From Geosiphon pyriformis uo1 (Eukaryota; Fungi; Glomeromycota): a DNA stretch of 64,000 nt. Under the pieces are notes generated by a model. The model ran no database searches and was not told the DNA's origin. It worked only from the letters and a program-made list of their open reading frames with translations. The stretch lies in the NCBI GenBank assembly GCA_016748015.1, contig JAAOMT010000280.1, positions 81,046-145,045 of the forward strand. Direction: 5' to 3'. Numbering within the stretch: position 1 is the first letter of the stretch; the number at the start of each line of letters is the position of its first letter. The translations under genes and the position numbers were made by a program. This document shows positions 63,551 through 64,000 of the stretch, one piece after another.

Positions 63551-64000
63551 TATTACAGGTGACTATTTTTGGTGTTGGATTAACTAACAAACCTGTAACT
63601 TGGTGCTCAAATCTAGTTGCAGTTAATAGTAATCTGAAAGTTTGTATCTGACAGGTTTGTATCTAAAAGGTTTAGTTGAGTTCTTTGTATAATGAACAAA
63701 GATTCAATGATAATAGTTTTATCTGTAGCTTCCTGAAACTGCAGTTTCACCAATTTTTTTCTCAGCTTGATGGCCAGTATTCCTCCTGGTAAGCTATCTT
63801 TAATTGAGTATTCTATCTTTATTTCTGGGTTTTTTACCAGTCATGTTTATCCTGACGTCAATACCCCGCACATTAATCCTCAATAGAGTTAGTAAACAAC
63901 AATAAAATCAAAGCAAGAAATAAAGAAAAAAAAAAAAAATAAAGAAAAAAAAAAAAGCCAAGGCAATTTGCAAGTAAGTATTCCATCAATAGCCATGATA
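63551..64000 (-). repeat. 5' LTR of Gypsy C (partial)
   Basis: Matches 54280-54700 with an extra ~45-50 nt near 63660-63700. Confidence 0.92.

Larger units (their letters stand above)
54280..64000 (-). mobile_element. Ty3/Gypsy LTR retrotransposon C carrying a dUTPase; 5' LTR runs off the window
   Basis: 3' LTR 54280-55117 and 5' LTR 63551->64000. PBS TGGTGTTTCC at ~63539-63548 and PPT at ~55118-55131. Order is gag-PR-(Cys-rich)-dUTPase-RT-RNaseH-IN-ORF3. Confidence 0.93.

Noticed and set aside
20322-63651. Antisense and alternative-frame ORFs inside the Gypsy elements (e.g. 20322, 22948, 24055, 60322, 61463, 63448)
   Set aside because: They are shadows of gag-pol codon structure.
1-64000. 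tRNA, rRNA or other structured RNA genes
   Set aside because: None recognised; the TGGTG motifs are retrotransposon primer-binding sites, and their cognate tRNAs could not be assigned reliably.

Overview
Very AT-rich eukaryotic genomic DNA with GT-AG introns. It is most likely an early-diverging (Glomeromycotina-type) fungus: the transposon proteins look like families I recall from Geosiphon pyriformis, which is recall and not a search result. The main result is absent from the ORF track: six small spliced genes on the + strand, five complete and one truncated or chimeric. All encode a signal peptide, five carry a cysteine-rich mature peptide, and every intron is phase 1. They are a 22-aa six-Cys defensin/toxin-like peptide built with two 15-nt microexons (2142-2637), a signal-exon duplicate (10700-10930), a Kex2-type precursor with two 4-Cys repeats (11736-12308), and three paralogues with a C-x6-C-x3-C-x4/5-C-x8/9-C-x4-C core (15133-15518, 47324-47792, 49909-50408). 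A 30-kb transposon island bounded by a pair of ~120-bp terminal inverted repeats (16197-46280) splits the cluster. The island holds decayed LINE-like elements, two related full-length Ty3/Gypsy elements in opposite orientation, and a solo LTR. From ~51.7 kb to the end there is a five-layer LTR nest ending in a dUTPase-encoding Gypsy element. All elements are pseudogenised by heavy C-to-T/G-to-A mutation. Gene models and coordinates were derived by hand and need transcript confirmation.
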